DNA of 64,000 bases from Candidatus Latescibacterota bacterium (GCA_963667175.2 CAXXXF010000006.1:384001-448000), one strand, 5' to 3'. Counted from the stretch's first letter, positions 10,199 to 20,057 are shown. A program made the numbers and translations. Notes: generated by a model not told the origin, from the letters alone.

Positions 10199-11508
10199 TC
10201 CATGAACAGATACCTGGCGATGAAGATCACCGCCAGCAGATCCACCAGGGGGTTCACTTCGTCTCCGCGACCTCCCAGACGTTTGACAATGGGAAACGCG
10301 ATAAACCCCAACGCAAGACCGTCCGAGATACTGAACGTCAACGGCATGGCGATCATCGTCAGAAACGCCGGCAGCGCATCCGTGACCTCGTCCCACTTCA
10401 CGTTCACTACCGATGCCATCATCAGCACGCCCACTACGATCAGCGCGGGCGCGGTTGCAAACGCGGGAACGGCCTCCATCAACGGAGTAAGGAAGAGCGC
10501 GAGCAGAAACATGGCGCCCGTCACCACACTTGCGAAACCGGTGCGCGCGCCGGCCGAAATGCCCGCCGCACTTTCGATATACGTCGTCACCGTCGACGTC
10601 CCGAAGAGGGAGCCGAACATCGTGCCCAGCGAATCGGCCAGGAGCGCACGGTTGGCACGTGGCAGGCGGCCGCGTCTGTCCATGAATCCGGCCCTACCGG
10701 ATACGCCGACCAGGGTACCCATCGTGTCGAACAGGTCCACAAACAGGAATACAAGGACAATGCCGATCAGTCCCACGTCGAACGCGGCCGTCAGGTTGAC
10801 GACCGCGACTCCGAACAGTCGATCCGGCCAGGCGGGGAGGCTGATGAGGCCCTGAGGCGTCGAGGCCACGCCCGTCACCATACCCAGAACCGCCACGCCC
10901 AGCATTCCCAGCAATATGGCTCCCTTGACACCTCTTGCCAACATGATGCCCGTGCCCAGCACACCCAACAGCGTAAGCCCAACGGGTCCGCTTCTGATGT
11001 CGCCCAGCGCGACCAGCGTCGCCGAGTCTCCCGATACGATTCCCGCGTTCTTCAATCCGATGAACGCGATAAACAGCCCGATGCCGCACGCCGTCGCCTG
11101 TTTTATGGCGTCGGGTACCGCGTTGATTATGGCTTCCCTTACACGTATCAGCGTCAACAACGTGAACAGGATGCCTGATGCAAGAACCACCCCCAATGCC
11201 AGATCCCAACGCACCCCCATGCCGAGTACAACCGAATACGCGAAGAAGGCGTTCAGACCCATACCGGGCGCCAGCGCAAACGGGTAATTCGAGGCGATGC
11301 CCATGATCAGCGTCGCCATTGCCGCTGAAATGCACGTTGCGAACAACAACTCTCCAAACAGATCCTTACCGAGCGCTTCCGACAACATACCCGGATTCAC
11401 CGCAATTATGTACGCCATCGTTACGAACGTCGTCAGCCCGCCAACCACTTCCGTACGGTAGGTTGCCCCGTTCTCTTCGAATCGAAAATACTTCGCAATC
11501 GCCCGCAT
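10195..11508 (-). CDS. NCS2 family (AzgA/PbuG-like) purine/nucleobase permease
   Basis: EVVGGLTTFVTMAYIIAVNP, LAPGMGLNAFF, FDTMGTL, TTYIESAAG, GARTG; many TM segments. Confidence 0.9.
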   Translation of the reverse strand: MRAIAKYFRFEENGATYRTEVVGGLTTFVTMAYIIAVNPGMLSEALGKDLFGELLFATCISAAMATLIMGIASNYPFALAPGMGLNAFFAYSVVLGMGVRWDLALGVVLASGILFTLLTLIRVREAIINAVPDAIKQATACGIGLFIAFIGLKNAGIVSGDSATLVALGDIRSGPVGLTLLGVLGTGIMLARGVKGAILLGMLGVAVLGMVTGVASTPQGLISLPAWPDRLFGVAVVNLTAAFDVGLIGIVLVFLFVDLFDTMGTLVGVSGRAGFMDRRGRLPRANRALLADSLGTMFGSLFGTSTVTTYIESAAGISAGARTGFASVVTGAMFLLALFLTPLMEAVPAFATAPALIVVGVLMMASVVNVKWDEVTDALPAFLTMIAMPLTFSISDGLALGFIAFPIVKRLGGRGDEVNPLVDLLAVIFIARYLFME

Positions 11509-11742
11509 TCGTCTCTCCATCCGCGAATCCAGCCGCCGCTGACCCGCATTCTGCCTCCGTAGCGCCGGTTGGCCCGTAATTGACATTTCGGACCCCATCG
11601 GCCGGGCAGTCGGCTTTAGGCTTGATTTTGCATTGAACTTGACTACCTTTATCCCTGTCGGCGAACCTTCGATTCAGCGATCAACTGCCTTCGGCCGATC
11701 CCTTTGAACTGACGATTTCGTGCAAACCGACGGAGCCCAGGG

Positions 11743-12507
11743 ATGTCGGAAGATATCGGATCGATCCTCAAAAGCTGGCCGTACGATCCGCAAAACAGCA
11801 TCCGTAAGGTCATCGATCCCCGCGGCGTGGAGAAAATTCAGGTGCGAGTGGACCAGGGCGCGTTCCAGGGTGTTCTGCAGATGGAACTGGACGGGCGCCC
11901 CGACGGCCAGAAACCCTACAATCAGACCTTTGTCCTGGACTACCACAAGAAACTCCTGCAGAAACACGTGGGCGCGTCCGGATCGCCCGCGGGCTTCAAT
12001 CTGGACGAGCGCGCCTGTTCCGAAATCTTCGATGAAAGCCGGCGGATATACGAGCGTTACGTCTTTCTTCTGCAGATTCGGGACTACAACCGGGTTGTTC
12101 GCGATACCGAAAGAAACATGGACGTCTTCCGCTTTGTAAACCGGTACGCGGAACGCGCGGAAGACCGGGAAAACCTTGAAAAGTGGTGGCCGTACATTCT
12201 AAGAATCCACGCCGTCGCCCGGGTGATGATTGCAACCCAGCAGGAAGATTACGATACCGCACTCGAGATTATCCGCGAGGCGCAGACAAAGATCGCAGAC
12301 CTCGATGGCGTTGAGGCCGAAGAGTTCGAAACAGAAAAAAAGCGGTCTCAGGACTCGCTTAAAGAACTGGAAGACGAAATACTGAGCAAACGCCCTCAGA
12401 GTCCCGCGGAAAAACTAAGGGAGGAACTGGCTCAGGCCGTTGAGGAAGAAGATTTCGAACGCGCCGCGGCGATCCGCGACAAGATATGGGAACAGGAAGA
12501 GCGTTAG
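11743..12507 (+). CDS. UvrB/UvrC motif-containing protein of unknown function
   Basis: C-terminal LAQAVEEEDFERAAAIRDKI UVR motif; N-terminal LQMELDGRPDG. Confidence 0.75.
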   Translation: MSEDIGSILKSWPYDPQNSIRKVIDPRGVEKIQVRVDQGAFQGVLQMELDGRPDGQKPYNQTFVLDYHKKLLQKHVGASGSPAGFNLDERACSEIFDESRRIYERYVFLLQIRDYNRVVRDTERNMDVFRFVNRYAERAEDRENLEKWWPYILRIHAVARVMIATQQEDYDTALEIIREAQTKIADLDGVEAEEFETEKKRSQDSLKELEDEILSKRPQSPAEKLREELAQAVEEEDFERAAAIRDKIWEQEER

Positions 12508-12745
12508 TGTTCTGACCCGATAACCTACCGGGTATTCCACAGTTCGCCGGGAAGTTTTGACGTACCCGATCCGTTTCTGCGTTCACCGGAATATGTACGC
12601 GGCATGTCTAAAATAGTCAAATACAGAGGGTCCGTGCAAGACATTTGACACACGGACGCGGGTATGACTGGAGATGATTCCAGGGAGTGCATTCGACGTC
12701 AAGGAGCCTTCCGCAGGGAGAACAACCTCGCGGTGTAAGAAAAAC

Positions 12746-12774
12746 TTGACTTTTCGTTACAAAACCAATACAAT
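12746..12774 (+). promoter_or_regulatory. Sigma70-type promoter for the ilvB leader
   Basis: TTGACT-N17-TACAAT. Confidence 0.75.
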
Positions 12775-12891
12775 ATCCGTTCACGGACAGACGCTCATCC
12801 GTCGTGTCGACCGGCAAGTATTGCACCGGATCGGAGTATTAATACAAGCCTGAACGGCGAGACCGCGGAGTCGTTTGAAAGGATTCTCCCA

Positions 12892-12999
12892 ATGGTTCCC
12901 ACTCTGTGCGATATCCCCGTTGCAGTCATGGTTGACAGTAGCGCGAACCGGATCGGCGGCCTTCCGGTATCCGTATCCAGGCGGCGGCAGGGCGCGTAG
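12892..12999 (+). CDS. Putative ilvB leader peptide (35 aa)
   Basis: GAAAGGA RBS, then MVPTLCDIPVAVMVDSSANRIGGLPVSVSRRRQGA*, with 6 Val, 2 Leu and 2 Ile, directly before a terminator. Confidence 0.65.
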   Translation: MVPTLCDIPVAVMVDSSANRIGGLPVSVSRRRQGA

Positions 13000-13027
13000 C
13001 CAGATTGGCAGATGCACGAGTTCAGCC

Positions 13028-13061
13028 CGCCGTCGATATCGATTCGACGGCGTTTTTGTTT
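13028..13061 (+). terminator. Attenuator terminator of the ilvB leader
   Basis: CGCCGTCGA-7nt-TCGACGGCG followed by TTTTTGTTT, about 100 nt before ilvB. Confidence 0.8.
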
Positions 13062-13159
13062 GCGGTTTTCGCACGCAAATTTGACGGACCGAGAGTGCGT
13101 GTGTATATTGCACTCGAATCATCCTTAAGCGGCATCTTAAATTCAGGAGTAAACGCCAG

Positions 13160-14935
13160 ATGGCAAAGCAATCCGAGCAGGTCTGCGCATCCGAAACCAA
13201 CGGGCGCCCTGAACGGCAGGCGGGGTTCGGTGACGCGACGCCGCATCCCCCGTCCCCGATGAAGGGCGCGGATATCCTGGTGGAAGCACTGGTCAGGGAA
13301 GGTGTCGACGTCATTTTCGGTTATCCTGGCGGCGCGAGTATGGAAATTCATCAGGCGCTCACGCGTTCCAGGATCCGAAACGTCCTGTGCCGGCACGAAC
13401 AGGGTGAGATCTTTGCCGCAGAAGGCTTTGCCAAGGCATCCGGCAGGGTCGGCACGTGTCTTGCCACCTCCGGTCCGGGCGCCACCAACCTGGTCACCGG
13501 ATTGGCCGACGCGAAGATGGATTCCGTCCCTCTGGTCGCCATAACGGGTCAGGTGGCGACACACGTGATGGGCGGCGATGCCTTTCAGGAGACTCCCATC
13601 GTCGAGGTCACCCGGCAGATTACCAAACATAACTTTCTGATCGACCGCATCGAGGAAATTCCACGCATCGTAAAGGAATCCTTCTACATCGCAAACACGG
13701 GCCGGCCCGGACCCGTGTTGATCGACGTGCCGAAAGACGTGCAGCAGGCCATGCATGCGCCGCTCTGGCCGGACGACGTGGCCATTCGAAGCTACAATCC
13801 ACAGATCAGAGCCGACAGCAGATCCATCGATCAGGTCGTCCGCGCGATCCGGGAAGCCAAACGGCCGGTTCTCTACGTCGGCGGGGGCGTCGTGGCTGCC
13901 GGGGCGGCGGAACAGCTGCGCGAGCTTGTCCGTAAGACCGATATCCCCGTGGTGCAGACGCTCATGGGGCTTGGCGTTTTTCCGGAGACCCACCCGCTCT
14001 CGCTCAGGATGGTTGGCATGCACGGCACCGTATACGCCAACTACGCGATCAATCACGCAGACCTGTTGCTGGCCATGGGCGTTCGCTTCGACGACCGCGT
14101 CACGGGAAAGCTCGAGGAATTCTGCAAACATGGAAGAATCGTGCACGTCGACGTCGACCCGTCTGAAATCAATAAAAACAAGACCGCGCATATTCCCGTG
14201 GTCAGCGACGTCAGATTCGCACTTGAGGACCTGAATAGGCAAGTGGAGCCCGGAGACTACACGTCGTGGCATGCCGAATTGGAAACCTGGCGTCAGAAAC
14301 ATCCGCTCGCTTACCAGGAAGCGGACGACGAAATCCTGCCCCAGCACGCCATCGACCTGCTGTACCGAATGACGGGCGGGAAGGCGGTGGTCTCTACGGG
14401 CGTGGGTCAGCATCAGATGTGGGCCGCCCAGTATTACCTGTTCGACGAACCCCGCAACTGGCTCACGTCGGGAGGGCTGGGCGCGATGGGCTTCGGCCTG
14501 CCCGCCGCGCTGGGCGCGCAGCTGGCCAGGCCGGGCGAGCTTGTCGTCAACATCGACGGCGACGGGAGCTTTGTGATGAACGTTCAGGAACTGGCCACGC
14601 TATACGTTGAGAAGCTCCCCGTCAAGACGATCGTCATCAACAACCAGCATCTGGGTATGGTGGTACAGTGGGAAGACCGGTTCTATCAGAGCAACCGGGG
14701 ACACACGTTCATCGGCGATCCGGACGGCGGCATCCATCCCGATTTTGTCAGAATCGCAGAGGGTTTCGGGATTCCATCGGCACGCGTGGACCGAAAGAAG
14801 GACCTTCACGGCGCCCTGGAACGCCTGCTCGAGACGCCCGGTCCCTATTTGCTGGACGTGATCGTGCCGTACCAGGAGCACGTCCTGCCCATGATCCCCG
14901 CCGGCCACACCTTCGCGGATATTATAACCGAATGA
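13160..14935 (+). CDS. ilvB: Acetolactate synthase large subunit, biosynthetic type
   Basis: [58 protein letters not shown] motif GDGS...NN. Confidence 0.95.
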   Translation: MAKQSEQVCASETNGRPERQAGFGDATPHPPSPMKGADILVEALVREGVDVIFGYPGGASMEIHQALTRSRIRNVLCRHEQGEIFAAEGFAKASGRVGTCLATSGPGATNLVTGLADAKMDSVPLVAITGQVATHVMGGDAFQETPIVEVTRQITKHNFLIDRIEEIPRIVKESFYIANTGRPGPVLIDVPKDVQQAMHAPLWPDDVAIRSYNPQIRADSRSIDQVVRAIREAKRPVLYVGGGVVAAGAAEQLRELVRKTDIPVVQTLMGLGVFPETHPLSLRMVGMHGTVYANYAINHADLLLAMGVRFDDRVTGKLEEFCKHGRIVHVDVDPSEINKNKTAHIPVVSDVRFALEDLNRQVEPGDYTSWHAELETWRQKHPLAYQEADDEILPQHAIDLLYRMTGGKAVVSTGVGQHQMWAAQYYLFDEPRNWLTSGGLGAMGFGLPAALGAQLARPGELVVNIDGDGSFVMNVQELATLYVEKLPVKTIVINNQHLGMVVQWEDRFYQSNRGHTFIGDPDGGIHPDFVRIAEGFGIPSARVDRKKDLHGALERLLETPGPYLLDVIVPYQEHVLPMIPAGHTFADIITE

Positions 14936-14997
14936 ATCGAGGCAATGGGCTTGACCTCCGGATGTTGTCCCGCAACATCCGGATTTTTATGCCTGCC

Positions 14998-15026
14998 GGG
15001 AACGCCGGCGGCAACCCGCATGTCTA
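14998..15026 (+). promoter_or_regulatory. ECF sigma-type promoter upstream of the sigma gene
   Basis: GGGAAC-N17-TGTCTA; the same boxes and spacing recur at 17067-17095. Confidence 0.7.
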
Positions 15027-15163
15027 AAAATCGGATAGACGAGACGGGAGGCTGCACGCCCCGCTCGAAGCCTTACGTGGCTGTTCTTCGGATCTCTGCC
15101 GGTTGCCCTGTGCGACCGCGATAACTGCTGGTATGGACCCATGCCGTGTTTTCGGGAGCCCGA

Positions 15164-15754
15164 ATGGGTGAAGATCTGGTGCTGGTCAGACGCTGCCAGG
15201 AAGGAGACCATCACGCGTATCGCGCGCTCGTCGAGCGTTACGAAGGCCGGATCTACAACCTCGCCTGCTCGATCGTCGGCGACCGGGAGGCCGCTCGCGA
15301 TGCCGCCCAGACAGCCTTCATCCGGGCATACCAGGCGCTTCCGGGATTCCGTGCCGACGCCGGCTTCTACACGTGGCTTTACAGAATTGCCGTCAACGTC
15401 TGTCTCAATGCGGCCCAGAAAGAAAAACGCCGTCGGGATACCACCTCGCTCGACGATCTGCTGGAATCGGGGCATTTTACTTCGGAGCACCTCTGGGAAC
15501 GTCGCACACCCCACGGCGATTTCGAACGGATGCAGCTGCAGGATACGATCCACAGAATTCTGGGGCATCTCTCGCCCGATCACCGGCTGGTTATCGTCCT
15601 CAAAGATATACAAGGATTCTCGCAGGAGGAAATTTCGGAAACACTGAATTGTTCGGTCGGCACAGTCAAATCTCGTCTTTCTCGGGCGCGGGCGAACCTG
15701 AGAGATTTGCTCCGTCCCGTATACGACGAATGGAAAGAGGGGGCAGCGCCATGA
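15164..15754 (+). CDS. ECF RNA polymerase sigma factor (RpoE/SigW-like)
   Basis: DAAQTAFIRAY, FYTWLYRIAVN, region 4.2 SQEEISETLNCSVGTVKSRLSRAR. Confidence 0.93.
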   Translation: MGEDLVLVRRCQEGDHHAYRALVERYEGRIYNLACSIVGDREAARDAAQTAFIRAYQALPGFRADAGFYTWLYRIAVNVCLNAAQKEKRRRDTTSLDDLLESGHFTSEHLWERRTPHGDFERMQLQDTIHRILGHLSPDHRLVIVLKDIQGFSQEEISETLNCSVGTVKSRLSRARANLRDLLRPVYDEWKEGAAP

Positions 15755-16191
15755 ACGATTCCGACGTCAAGAGCCTTTTGCCCGATTACCTGGAATCCAA
15801 CTTACCTGCCGAACAGATGCGGGAGATCGAGGCGCGCCTGGCGGTCTCGGCCGCCTGCCGGGATGAACTGGATTATCTCAAACGCCTGCAACACCTGCTT
15901 GCAGGCAGGCCTGAATCCGCGTCGCCCGGGCTCTGGCGGAGCATTGCACGGCATATCGTCCCCGAAGACGTCTCGGAGCCGTGGCGGCAGTTCGAATGGG
16001 TAGGAAAAAGGTTCCTTCCGGTCCTGGCCGCCGCGGTCCTGCTTCTGGCGGTCCTCGGCAATCTCACGTCCGAAGCGCCCGCCCTTACGCTGGAAGACTA
16101 TTTGAATGCCCAGTGGGATGAACAGGAAGCCGAACTGCTTAGCGGCGCGGAACTCTCCGGCGACGTCCTGAGAGTCATACAATCGAGGTAG
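15751..16191 (+). CDS. Membrane anti-sigma factor (zf-HC2-like, degenerate)
   Basis: ATGA overlap with the sigma gene; LLPDYLESNL...IEARLAVSAACRDEL; single TM segment. Confidence 0.8.
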   Translation: MNDSDVKSLLPDYLESNLPAEQMREIEARLAVSAACRDELDYLKRLQHLLAGRPESASPGLWRSIARHIVPEDVSEPWRQFEWVGKRFLPVLAAAVLLLAVLGNLTSEAPALTLEDYLNAQWDEQEAELLSGAELSGDVLRVIQSR

Positions 16192-16195
16192 TCGC

Positions 16196-17059
16196 ATGAC
16201 CGAAAACGCAACCCGGCTCAAAGCCGCTCTTCTGGCGCTGGGCATTCTCGTCGTAGGTGTGATTCTGGGCGCAACTGCCCATCGCTGGGTTCCCGCTGTA
16301 GGCGATAGACAGGCGCATAAGCCCCCCCCGGAACGCCCACGCATTCCTCAACCGGGCGCAACGTCAGAACGCCTGTTGAAGCGATACTCCCGGAATCTGG
16401 ACCTGACCGATGTACAGCAGACGGAAATCGATCAGATCCTGGATCAGAGCCGGGAACTGATGGTCGAGGTGCGGAAGAATATCGGTTCGAAGATCGAAAC
16501 GGTGAGGCGGGACACGTGGGCCAAGATCCGCGACGTCCTCACACCCGGTCAGCAGGAGATATTCGACGAGTTGACCAGCCCGGTATCCCCGAACATTATC
16601 CTTCGGCAATTCAAGAGACGTCTCGACCTCAATGAGGATCAGCAGGCGGAAATCTCACGCATTCTCAAGAGCAACTGGGCAGAAATGAGAAGAATGCGCC
16701 GGAAAATCCGGGAGAGACTGAAGGAGATTCATAAAGATTCACGTGCCGAACAACTCAACCTTCTCACGCCTGAACAGAGGAAACAGGCCAAGGGCAGATG
16801 GAACCCGAATCTCTCGGGCGAGCAGCGTACGGAAATGGATCGCATCAGGAGAGAGAGTCGCGAGACAACGCGCCGGCTCTTTCAGGAACGCGACGAGCAA
16901 CTGGGTCTGGCGGTGCGGAAGACGTGGCTGGAAGTCAAGACCCACCTCGACTCCAGTCAGGTGGCGAAGTTCCATCGAATCACGGACGGTATCGAGCGGC
17001 GCATGAAGTGGGAACGGCAGTCCCGACGTAGACCGGGCGGCAGACCTACCAGATTCTGA
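16196..17059 (+). CDS. Periplasmic Spy/CpxP-like (LTXXQ) helical protein
   Basis: N-terminal TM; LDLTDVQQ, LTPGQQ, LDLNEDQQ, LTPEQR. Confidence 0.75.
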   Translation: MTENATRLKAALLALGILVVGVILGATAHRWVPAVGDRQAHKPPPERPRIPQPGATSERLLKRYSRNLDLTDVQQTEIDQILDQSRELMVEVRKNIGSKIETVRRDTWAKIRDVLTPGQQEIFDELTSPVSPNIILRQFKRRLDLNEDQQAEISRILKSNWAEMRRMRRKIRERLKEIHKDSRAEQLNLLTPEQRKQAKGRWNPNLSGEQRTEMDRIRRESRETTRRLFQERDEQLGLAVRKTWLEVKTHLDSSQVAKFHRITDGIERRMKWERQSRRRPGGRPTRF

Positions 17060-17066
17060 GGGACGA

Positions 17067-17095
17067 GGGAACACTCTCAGTCTATCATTTGTCTA
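17067..17095 (+). promoter_or_regulatory. Second ECF sigma-type promoter (internal)
   Basis: GGGAAC-N17-TGTCTA, same as 14998-15026. Confidence 0.7.
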
Positions 17096-17213
17096 TAGCG
17101 TAGAGCCCCTCCGAGTGGACGACCGGACTGCAGCCGGTCACGGCAGGGCTGGTCGCCTGCGGGCAACCGCCCCTAATGAACAGCAAGCCGGGTTAACGGA
17201 AAGGAGAAACAAC

Positions 17214-17729
17214 ATGAAACGTCTCGCCATCATCGCGGCCGTCGTCATTCCCATCCTTGTCATCGCCTGGGTGCTGCCCACAAACGCACATCGGGGCAAG
17301 CGAGGCTGGAAGGGCGGGAAGGCGCCAATGGCGGCCCTGGAACTGACAGCGGAACAGAGAACCAGGATGGAAAAACTCAAACTGGCGCAGGCCAAACAGA
17401 TGGCTCGACTGCGTGCCGACCTGAAGGTCGCCAGACTGGACCTCCGGGCCGCGATGAGGAAGGACGAGCCCGATGCCGCCGACGTCAAAGCGAGCGTTGC
17501 CGCCGTAAATGGCGCCCGATCCCTGATTCTGGAAAGCCGCGTCGACCACCGGCTCAAGGTCAACAGCATCCTGACACCGGAGCAGCGGACCAAGCTTCGT
17601 GAAATGCGAAGGGATCGATCCAGGAAGGGGTGGGGCAAAATGTGGCGCAAGGGACGCTACCATAAGCGGTTTCGGGGGATGGGAGAAAAACGCCCCGACG
17701 GCGCCGACAACCGCCCGTCTTCAATCTGA
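17214..17729 (+). CDS. Spy/CpxP/ZraP family periplasmic chaperone
   Basis: AGGAG RBS; signal peptide; LELTAEQR and ILTPEQR motifs. Confidence 0.85.
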   Translation: MKRLAIIAAVVIPILVIAWVLPTNAHRGKRGWKGGKAPMAALELTAEQRTRMEKLKLAQAKQMARLRADLKVARLDLRAAMRKDEPDAADVKASVAAVNGARSLILESRVDHRLKVNSILTPEQRTKLREMRRDRSRKGWGKMWRKGRYHKRFRGMGEKRPDGADNRPSSI

Positions 17730-17760
17730 CTGAATCTGCCGGGATAGGAAGGTTTTCGAG

Positions 17761-18813
17761 ATGTTGTTTCGCAAATTATCCATCACGTCCGTCATTGCCT
17801 CGATCGCACTCTTCGCGTGCGGAAACAAGATCCCCGTCGAGTCCCCGGCGGGGGCCGGATCCAACGAAAGCGCAACTCAGGCCGCAAAGGCGTCCACGGA
17901 CGAAATCAGCTCCAAACTGTATGACGAACGCTCCGACAAGTCCCGGTTCGGACACCACGGAGGACGGAGATTATCCATTGACGCGCTGACCGACTCCCTG
18001 GGCCTGAGTGACGAACAGGTTTCAGCGCTCGAGGAACTGAACGAATCCTTTGCCGAGAACGTCAAAGCAGCGATCGAAAGTGCCAGGGCATCCGGCGACC
18101 GCAAGGGGCTTCGCGTGAAGTTGCGGGAACTGAGAAAGGAATATGAGAAAGACTTCAACGATGTCCTGACGGACGAGCAGCATGCCCGACTCGAAGAAAT
18201 CAGGGCCAATGCGGCCGTGCGCAGGAAAGACCAGGGGTGGGAAAATACCATCGCCGCGCTCACCGACACCCTGGGCCTGAGCGACGCACAGGTCGCGGAC
18301 CTCAATGAGTTGTATGAAGACTACCAGGCCGACGTCAAGACCGCGATCGAAAACGCTCAGGAATCGGGGGACCGTTCCGAACTCCGCACCAGTTTGAAGG
18401 TATTGAGACAGGCATTCGAAGACGCCTTCAACGACGTCCTGACGGATGAGCAACAGGCCCGACTCGAAGAAATCAGGGCCAACGCGGCCGCCCGCAGGAA
18501 AAACCGGGGATGGGAAAATACCATCGCCGCACTGACCGACTCCCTGGGTCTGAGTGACGAACAGGTCGCGGACCTCAACGAATTGTATGAAGACTATCAG
18601 GCCGACGTCAAAGCCGCGATCGAAAACGCTCAGGAATCGGGTGACCGTTCGGAACTCAGGGAGAAGCTGCAAGAATTGAGAGAAAATTTCGCGGAGGACT
18701 TCACCTCCGTGCTCACCGATGAACAGAAGGAGAAGCTGGACGAGATGAAGTCCGAGGGGCGGAAACGCAAAGGAAAGGGACGCCGGCACGGCCACAAGGG
18801 CAGAAAGGGTTAG
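17761..18813 (+). CDS. Lipoprotein with three tandem LTXXQ (Spy-like) modules
   Basis: Lipobox LFAC; three LGLSD(E/A)Q...VLTDEQ units. Confidence 0.8.
   Translation: MLFRKLSITSVIASIALFACGNKIPVESPAGAGSNESATQAAKASTDEISSKLYDERSDKSRFGHHGGRRLSIDALTDSLGLSDEQVSALEELNESFAENVKAAIESARASGDRKGLRVKLRELRKEYEKDFNDVLTDEQHARLEEIRANAAVRRKDQGWENTIAALTDTLGLSDAQVADLNELYEDYQADVKTAIENAQESGDRSELRTSLKVLRQAFEDAFNDVLTDEQQARLEEIRANAAARRKNRGWENTIAALTDSLGLSDEQVADLNELYEDYQADVKAAIENAQESGDRSELREKLQELRENFAEDFTSVLTDEQKEKLDEMKSEGRKRKGKGRRHGHKGRKG
17983..18750 (+). repeat. Intragenic tandem repeat, 273-bp (91 aa) period, about 2.8 copies
   Basis: Unit starts GC(G/A)CT(G/C)ACCGAC at 17983, 18256 and 18529. Confidence 0.9.
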
Positions 18814-18857
18814 GATTCCGAGAGTCAATCGGAGCGTCGCACAGTCATATCCAAACG

Positions 18858-18899
18858 ACCCGCCGTCGAATCCACACCGACGGCGGGTTTTCTTCCTTT
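18858..18899 (+). terminator. Rho-independent terminator
   Basis: ACCCGCCGTCG-9nt-CGACGGCGGGT plus a T-rich tail. Confidence 0.85.
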
Positions 18900-19021
18900 A
18901 TTTTCCATTTCCAGTGTCTTCAGATCGCCATTCGCAAACAACCCCAGGCATACATGACGCACTTTGCTCGCGCGCTCGGCTATGGACGACGCGGATTGAC
19001 CTGTTGGCCCCGATCGGCCGG

Positions 19022-19996
19022 CTATCTCGCTTCAAAAAAGAACCGGATTGTATCCCCCTCTTTTAAAATGGCATCGAAGAACTCCTGATCCTCCTCGTTC
19101 AGTTCTCCCGCAGCCTGAAGCACGAAACGCATGTACTGTTCCCTCGTAAACGTGAGTGTCAAATTGCCGTCGTCCAGGTCGTAGGAACCCTCCATCGTCA
19201 GCCCCTCTTCGTCCGTCATCGTCAGGGTGCTGCCGCTGACCGACCACGTGCCGGCGCGGGACAAGGCGCCGTTGCCATCATGATCCGTGAAAGTGCCGTC
19301 TGCGTCGAAGCGCCGGGTCGACGACAGGACGCTGTCGCGAAGGCTTGTCTCCAGACTGGACGTGAACTCCCGGACAATGGCGGCGGCAGTCGCGCTATCC
19401 ACCATCCCCTGTTCGAGGATGGCGGCAGTCAGATTCCTGCTTATCGTCTCAACCATATCCGTTCCAGCGAATTCCCACGAACCGACAATGCCCGGAGACC
19501 GAAGCGGGGACGACGCCGTCACGCGCGCCTTCCCGCCAACGTGCAGTTCAACAGTTACCTGGTAACCGCCATTGACCGGAATACTCGACCAGGAACCCTG
19601 AACGGCGCCATCGATAGCGGCGCGCGCGCGGTAATATCCGTTCACGTTGTCCGAACCGATTTCGATGCGGGCCTCGCCCTGCGCATCGGTTGCGCCCGAC
19701 CAGGCGAAATCCGCGGGGCTGCCCGATATCGACCGCGAAAGCTCCACGGTGACACCACTCAACGGCGCTCCGTCCTTCAGCACGGTGACGCTCAGAACGG
19801 CCTGACTCATCGTCCCGCCAACCGCCAGCTTGCCCAGCGGCTGCCCCGTGCGCCCCTGCCGCGTTGCAGGGTTCACCACGTCGGACGTCGGGTCCGCTTC
19901 CGGTGCAATGGAAGTGGTTACGCGGTCCCCGCCGCAGCCGGATATCACGGCTGCGGCAATCGCCAGACAAGACGCGCTTCGAATTGCGCAAGGCAT
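19022..19996 (-). CDS. Lipoprotein with Ig/transthyretin-like N-domain and lipocalin-like C-domain
   Basis: Start at MPCAIR behind GGAGG; lipobox ISGC; GAPLSGVTVEL..ATDAQGEA; IVGSWEF..FDADGTF..GTWSVSGSTLT. Confidence 0.7.
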   Translation of the reverse strand: MPCAIRSASCLAIAAAVISGCGGDRVTTSIAPEADPTSDVVNPATRQGRTGQPLGKLAVGGTMSQAVLSVTVLKDGAPLSGVTVELSRSISGSPADFAWSGATDAQGEARIEIGSDNVNGYYRARAAIDGAVQGSWSSIPVNGGYQVTVELHVGGKARVTASSPLRSPGIVGSWEFAGTDMVETISRNLTAAILEQGMVDSATAAAIVREFTSSLETSLRDSVLSSTRRFDADGTFTDHDGNGALSRAGTWSVSGSTLTMTDEEGLTMEGSYDLDDGNLTLTFTREQYMRFVLQAAGELNEEDQEFFDAILKEGDTIRFFFEAR

Positions 19997-20057
19997 CGCG
20001 AACCTCCTGTTTTGGAGTGTTTCATGAGACGACCGCAGGCATTTCCCGCGGCCATAC

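Noticed and set aside
11509-11700. Purine riboswitch upstream of the NCS2 permease
   Set aside because: The conserved core (TATAAT..GATATGG..GTTTCTACC) is not present.
12586-12612. Third ECF promoter (GGAAT...TGTCTA)
   Set aside because: The spacer is about 12 nt rather than 17.
17983-18750. CRISPR-like periodicity (also 48680-50360)
   Set aside because: In-frame protein domain repeats with no unique spacers and no cas genes.
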